From contig NC_010503.1 in assembly GCF_000019345.1 (NCBI RefSeq), forward strand, positions 510,001 through 542,000: a stretch of DNA of 32,000 nucleotides. Reading direction: 5' to 3'. Positions 26,283-32,000 of this stretch are shown piece after piece. The first letter of the stretch is position 1; each line of letters opens with the position of its first letter. The notes under the pieces were generated by a model that had not been told where the DNA came from, did no database searches, and worked only from the letters and a program-made list of their open reading frames with translations. The position numbers and the translations under genes are program-made. Source of the stretch: Ureaplasma parvum serovar 3 str. ATCC 27815. Its GTDB lineage: Bacteria; Bacillota_I; Bacilli_A; Mycoplasmatales; Mycoplasmoidaceae.

Positions 26283-26975
26283 ATGATTGGTTTAATTGTG
26301 GCATTAAATAGTGAAATTAAAACCTTTTTTAAACAAATTAAAAAGAAGGTTTATCAAATTAATAATATTGATTTTTACTTGTGCACTCATCAAAATATAG
26401 AATTTGTTTTAGTTTTTACGGATGTAGGAAAAACTAATGCGAGTTTTATTACTGCATTATTAATTAATAATTTTAAACCTAAAGTGATTTTAAACGTTGG
26501 TAGTTGTGGTGCACTAAATGATCAGTTACAGGTTTTAGATATTGCCATTATTGATCAATGCCAATACTTAGATGTTAACGTTAGCGCTTTTGGTTATTTA
26601 AAAAATCAAATACCGCGTTTAGATAAATTTTTTATTTTAGATAAAAGTTATAATCAACAAATCAAAAACCAGTTAATTAAGAAAAAACTAAAATGTTGAA
26701 TTGCAAATGTTGGAAGCAGTGACACATTTATTAATCGTGATAACATCTCCTTTTTTTATGATCAACAAATCGACTTAGTTGATATGGAATTAGCAGCTAT
26801 TGCTCATGTATGCACGCGTATGTTAACACCACTAGTAAGTATTAAATTAGTTAGTGATCATATTACTCTTCCCAATTCCAATCAAGAACAGTTTAATAAA
26901 AACTTATCACTAATTGATAAATGATTTAATGAGCATTTACCATCCATTATTGAAGCAATTTTAGAGATCTACTAA
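26283..26975 (+). CDS. mtnN: 5'-methylthioadenosine/S-adenosylhomocysteine nucleosidase
   Basis: 231-codon frame after UGA=Trp. MIGLIVALNSEI, LNVGSCGAL, ANVGSSDTFI, VDMELAAIAHVC and VKLVSDH-type C-terminal region (IKLVSDHI). Confidence 0.88.
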
Positions 26976-27033
26976 TTTATTTTTGTAAAAAATATTAAAA
27001 TTACAAAATCTACTATTATTTTTTAAATTGTTT

Positions 27034-27039
27034 TATAAT
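27034..27039 (+). promoter_or_regulatory. Candidate -10 box for the 83-aa ORF
   Basis: TATAAT about 43 nt upstream of the ATG at 27082, in the short gap after mtnN. No clear -35. Confidence 0.35.
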
Positions 27040-27081
27040 TTACGTATATAAAAAGTTAGTTAAATAAGGAGTAGTTTATTT

Positions 27082-27333
27082 ATGATTTATAAAGAAATTG
27101 TTCGTAATATTATCAAGCATCCATTAATCTTACCAGAAGGAAAACATTACCATTTACATAAAATTCTAACTTCAAAAGATGAATTACGTAAGGGTGAAGT
27201 TAGTTTAGTTGCAGAAAATGGCAAAGAATACACTGTTGATTTATCTGCATTTGTTGACTTATTAGTTGATGGTGATTGCATTATTGATGATAATCATTCA
27301 CTTGTTGCTTTATACTTTGATGAAAGTAAATAA
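27082..27333 (+). CDS. Hypothetical protein, 83 aa
   Basis: Complete ORF MIYKEIVRNIIKHPLILPEGKHYHLHKIL... with strong AAGGAG SD at 27066-27071 and a terminator hairpin downstream. Confidence 0.75.
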   Translation: MIYKEIVRNIIKHPLILPEGKHYHLHKILTSKDELRKGEVSLVAENGKEYTVDLSAFVDLLVDGDCIIDDNHSLVALYFDESK

Positions 27334-27356
27334 AAAGTAAAAAATATTAATTTAAG

Positions 27357-27397
27357 AAATCTTGCTAAAACACACCAGTAGGTTTTAAGCAAGATTT
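27357..27397 (+). terminator. Rho-independent terminator
   Basis: AAATCTTGCT ... AGCAAGATTT (10-bp stem) followed by T-rich sequence, 24 nt after the stop codon at 27333. Confidence 0.7.
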
Positions 27398-27537
27398 TTA
27401 TTTGTAAAAATTAAGTATTTATTATGTTATTTATTTTATGAAATTTAATAATAATTTCAATTATTATGGGTTTTATTTTGTGTAAATTTTTAGTTTTTAT
27501 GTTAAAATTTCTGTGTTATTTTATTAAAACATTATTG

Positions 27538-27553
27538 TTTTTTTTTTTTTTTT
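27538..27553 (+). repeat. Homopolymeric T16 tract upstream of surface-protein gene 1
   Basis: 16 consecutive T, ending 69 nt before the ATG at 27623. Confidence 0.9.
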
Positions 27554-27622
27554 GAAAAAATAATGAGTAAATAAATGTTTTGTTTTTATCTGTTTATTTT
27601 ATAAAAATGTGGGAAAAATTAT

Positions 27623-29950
27623 ATGAAATCAAATAATAAAAATTACAAATTTTTGAACATAAAAAAACGGAAATATCGCATTTTTTTTATGTTGTGTTCT
27701 TTAAATTTAATATGAGCAGGCGTTATTATAGCTATTGTTCTGCGTTTAAAAAATATTGATAAACGCTTTAGTGAAAATGACCATAAAATTGCTCGTCCAA
27801 CTTGAGAGTATGATAATGATGGAAATTTAGAGATTCACACTCAATTAGCAAATGATTTAAATGATGATTTAAAACAAAAAGCTTTAAATAATGCAAATGT
27901 CAAAGGAATTGTTGTTGACCAAAATGGTGTAGAACATGAGATAGATGTAAGTATTGATGCTAATGGTAAGGTTATTATTCCAACAAAAGATTTAGTAAAT
28001 AATGACCCAACTAAACCTAATATATACACACTTAAAAAAGTCGTTTTAAAACAACATAATCAACCAAATATTGATCTAATTAGTGAAGAGCAATTAAGTG
28101 GTGATAATCATATTTCATTTAAAAAACCAACAGTGGTTGCTCAAATTAATGATAACAATGATTATATAATGCATTTTACGAATCCTAATTTAGTTAACAA
28201 GAAAATTAAATTAACATTTAAAGTTGATGATCAAGATGATCATACAAAAACCATTGAAGCTATCATTGGATTAGATGGAAAGGCTATTTTTAAAACAAGT
28301 GATGATGCAATTTTTGCACCAGATCATAAATATACACTAACAAAAATTGAAGCTAATAACAAAAAAGTTGCTAACATTGATGAAATTCCATTAAAAAATA
28401 GAATCGTTGATAAAAATCCAATTAAAAGAATTAACTTAACACAACTAAAAGTTGCTAAAGATTTAATTCTTTGAAATAATACAAACCAAAACCAATTCAT
28501 AACTGCTACTTTTAAAAATATAAATAACGATTTTGATGATTATATTGTTAAATTAATTTATGAATACAATTATCGTGGAGAAATGAAAGAAATTGCATCA
28601 CAACCTTTCAAATTAGAAAAAAATAAAACAACATACAACAATATCCTTTTGCCAATTAGTATTCCAAATCGCTTATATCATTTTAAAAAAGTAGTAATTC
28701 AAAAATTAAATCAACCAAATAAATCTATTGATTTAGATCATGATCCAAATTTAAAATCTTTTTTTATTGTTGGTCCTGGTAAAACAGATTTTGCATGAAA
28801 AAAACCAAATGATGATCAAATTACATATGATGGTTTAAAGAGATTAAATATTGAAATTACTTCTCAAGATTATGCATTACAAAATGGTAAAAAAGTTATG
28901 GTTTGGTTTAAATCAGATGCCGAACCAAATAATGATTCACTTAAATTTATAGGCGAATTATCTCAAACTAACGCCAATGGAACAGCTGCTGTCATTAATA
29001 ATTTAAATAATTTATACGGTATGAAAGAACAAACAGAGTATTACATCTATAAAATTCAGTTCATAGATGAATTAGAATATTCAAAATTACCACCAAACCG
29101 TAATAACATTGTTTATGAATATAATAAAAATATTGCACGTAATTATGCATTCCGAACTAAAACTGCCCCTTTAATTTTAGAAAAAATAGAAAAAGATGAT
29201 AATGGTAGCATTGGAGGACAAAATTTTTATTTTTACCTAAATAAAGCTAGTGATGATCCTAGTACAATCAAGCAAGTTACTATATATTGTCGTGATAATA
29301 ATAATGAATTATATACTTCTGATGATCAAGAAATAGATTCTGTTGATCTTGTATATCATTCTTGAATTCATGATTTAAAATGAAATCGTGAATATGTTTT
29401 TGATCATGCTGAAATACAAACAACATATCCTGATGATCCTGAATATGGTGGTGAAACAAATGATTTAGAAATTAAAAGAGGATTAACTTTCAAGTTTTAT
29501 ACACCACCAAGTAAAACAGAAATACAGTGAAAACATCCTATAAAAATAACTAATAATGGGGCAATTTTAGATATTCAATTACAATCAAAAGATCGGGCAT
29601 TTGAAGATAAGCAAAAATATCGAGTGACATTAGTTGAAGCTGAAAATCAAAACAATGCTGTTGTTGGTGACTTTTTACTTGCTGGCACTTCTATTAATAA
29701 AAATGATAGCCCAATTGGTGATAATAATGATAAGAACAAAGATATAGCAACTTTGAGCTGTAATTTTGAAAACAAATTAAAAAAAGGGACTAAATACTTA
29801 TTAAAAGAAGTTCGATTTATTGCTAATCCAAATGAAGAAATTAGTGCTAAACCTACTAGAGCTGCTAGACCATTTAATAATGATAATATTATTTATAGTT
29901 TGAATCTACGAATAAATGATCCCTATGACTTTACAACTTTAAAAAATTAG
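27623..29950 (+). CDS. Putative surface-exposed modular protein 1 (775 aa; N-terminal signal-anchor; possibly the Ureaplasma DUF1410-type family)
   Basis: 776-codon frame after UGA=Trp, joining four track ORFs. N-terminus MKSNNKNYKFLNIKKRKYRIFFMLCSLNLIWAGVIIAIVLRLKNID. Repeating beta-rich modules with motifs such as NIYTLKKVVLKQ, HKYTLTKIEANN, RLYHFKKVVIQK and TKYLLKEVRFIA. Confidence 0.8.
27699..27726 (+). repeat. Direct repeat copy A (28 nt)
   Basis: CTTTAAATTTAATATGAGCAGGCGTTAT; 26/28 identical to 30073-30100. Confidence 0.85.
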
Positions 29951-29971
29951 TTTAATCCTTAAATTTTTAGT

Positions 29972-30002
<31 letters not shown>

Positions 30003-30017
30003 GTAAATAAAATAATT

Positions 30018-32000
30018 ATGAAAAAAAGAGTTAATAAAATATATAAACACAATATGTTTATTTTGCTAGCTACTTTAAATTTAGTGTGAGCAGGCGTTAT
30101 CACAGGAATTGTTTTAAGACTAAAAAGTAAAGATTACTCAAAGCATACTATCTTAAAAAAATATTATTCATTTGATAAAAACGGCAATTTAATTCTTAAA
30201 GGTTATTTAAAACCACATGATAATACTAATTATGTTTTTGGGATTTTTAGCGATGAAAGCAATCAAGAACATAAAATTCAAGCACTTGTTAATGATAAAA
30301 AAGGATTTGAATTTAACACTAAATCATTACCACTAAACCATAGTTACAAACTTAAAAAAGTTACAAGTATTAATGACTATAACCATGTTTTATTAACAAA
30401 TGATGATTTAGTTAGTCAGCAAAAAATTTGTTTTAGTAAGCCAGTTGATGCAAAAGTTAACTTTATTAATAATAAAAAAGTTTATCAAGTTAAACTAAAC
30501 ACGTTATTAAAAAACACTTTAATTCAATTAACACTAAAAGACTTAGAGCATAACGTATATAAAATTACAGCCAAATCAAATGATATGGGAGAAGTTAGTT
30601 TTGATGTTTCACAATTAAAAAATAATAATTTATATGAGGTAATTGCTTTACAAACACAAGACCAAACTAAAATCGTTAATGTTAATGAGATTGAATACAA
30701 CAATAAGATCATAAATAATTTAAATATTGATGAATTAAATACACCATACCAATATAGCAAAAATGGTCATCTTAACTTAATTGCTAAGATACCATTACGC
30801 TATGCTAATGAACAAGTCTATGGTGTTTTTGAAGACCAAAATAACCAAAAACATTTAATTCCTGCCGTAAATAAAAATGATGGAACAATAATGTTTGATA
30901 CTCAAGTTTTAACTAAAAATCCCAATAAAAAATATCATTTACAAAAAGTTGTTTTAGCAAAAAATCAAAATCAAATTTTAATACATAATTTTGATTTAGT
31001 AAGTAATCAAAAACAAGATATCTTCTTAAAAGAATATAAAGTTATTAGTATTAGTGCTCTAGAAAATGATGCTGATAAAACTAAAAGAGAAATCAATTTA
31101 AAACTATCTAACATAAAAAATGACTGAGTTAATAAGCAAATTAAAGTTATTTATTCAAGTTCAGATGGTTCAGATGTTCAAACTCAACCTTTAGTTTTAG
31201 AAAAAAATCAAACAAACTATGTATTAAAACTAAATAATTTAAAAGCAAATCGTTTATATACACTAAAGGCGGTTGAATTAATAAATAACAATGGTAAAAC
31301 TAATTTACCATTAGATACTAACTTAACTAATAGTTTTATGGTTGAAAGAACTAGTGCTGTATTAGCAACAAGTATTAGTGAAATAAGTAATCGTTTGGGA
31401 ACTGCTTTAACGAATGCACAAGTTAAAATCACTTTAAAAGATGTGGATAATGTTTTATTAGCTAATCAAAAAGCGATTATTAACTATGGTAATAATCAAA
31501 AGAGTGAAGCAACTGTTATTGTTAACAATGGTGTTAAGTATCTAATAGCAACCTTAACTAAATTAACATTAAATACGCCTACAATAATTAAATCCATTAC
31601 ATTTGAACAAAAACCAACATGTGCTATTGAAAATATTGGGTTAGATAAAACAAATAACATTATTTATCAAAATACACATGAAGCAGCAATTCCTTTAGTA
31701 ATTAATAATAATTTTGAAATCAATGGGCCATTAGCATCAAGTCATGAAAGTTTAAAAAGTATTAATGCATCTGATGCTAAAAAGGTAAATGCAATTAATT
31801 TAACCCTTGACTTTAATACCAATGAACATATTTATAAAAATTTATTTTTTAAACTAAAATATGTCCCTATTGACGATCAAGGTAATGAAAATATTTATGA
31901 CGCATCAGAAGCAATTTATAGTGATGTTTTAAGTGCAAATAATATAATTGCTAATAAAATCCAATTTAGTTTAGGTAATTTACAAACTAATCGTAAATAT
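30018..32000 (+). CDS. Putative surface-exposed modular protein 2, paralogous to 27623-29950 (runs off the right edge)
   Basis: Open frame to the window end after UGA=Trp. N-terminus MKKRVNKIYKHNMFILLATLNLVWAGVITGIVLRLKSKDY matches protein 1. Repeating motifs HSYKLKKVTSI, KKYHLQKVVLAK, NRLYTLKAVELI. Confidence 0.8.
30073..30100 (+). repeat. Direct repeat copy B (28 nt)
   Basis: CTTTAAATTTAGTGTGAGCAGGCGTTAT; 26/28 identical to 27699-27726, in the same codon phase. Confidence 0.85.

Noticed and set aside
27681-27688. T8 and A7 runs within the 5' coding region of surface gene 1 (and A7 after the ATG of gene 2) as frameshift switches
   Set aside because: Runs of 7-8 are common in this AT-rich genome and much shorter than the T16 and (TA)13 tracts, so I do not call them phase-variable without population data.
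27841-28029. Minus-strand ORFs 27841-28029, 30524-30760 and 31217-31432
   Set aside because: Antisense to the long surface-protein frames; no independent support.

Overview
Mollicute chromosomal window. UGA is read as Trp throughout, so most long genes appear split in the supplied standard-code ORF track. Gene content and the native ParC numbering (S83/E87) suggest Ureaplasma, but that assignment is inference. After rejoining across UGA I get these units. (1) A minus-strand block: ruvA (partial), a YbhN/MprF-type membrane protein, an acidic/His-rich protein, proS, sufU and sufS. (2) A plus-strand unit of a 1128-aa lipoprotein coupled to rpe. (3) A minus-strand operon fmt - membrane protein - obgE - nadE - membrane protein - pheS - pheT, plus a separate TM protein. 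(4) A plus-strand block: def, parE, parC, yqeH, a nadD-yqeK fusion, mtnN and an 83-aa orphan. (5) A locus at the right edge with two adjacent paralogous N-terminally anchored, modular surface-type proteins. The most interesting part is unit 5. Gene 1 has a T16 homopolymer upstream. Gene 2 has a perfect (TA)13 tract immediately upstream. The two genes share a near-identical (26/28 nt), codon-phase-matched direct repeat in their anchor-encoding region. Together these suggest a phase- and/or antigenically variable surface-protein locus. No rRNA, tRNA, CRISPR or transposon was recognised.
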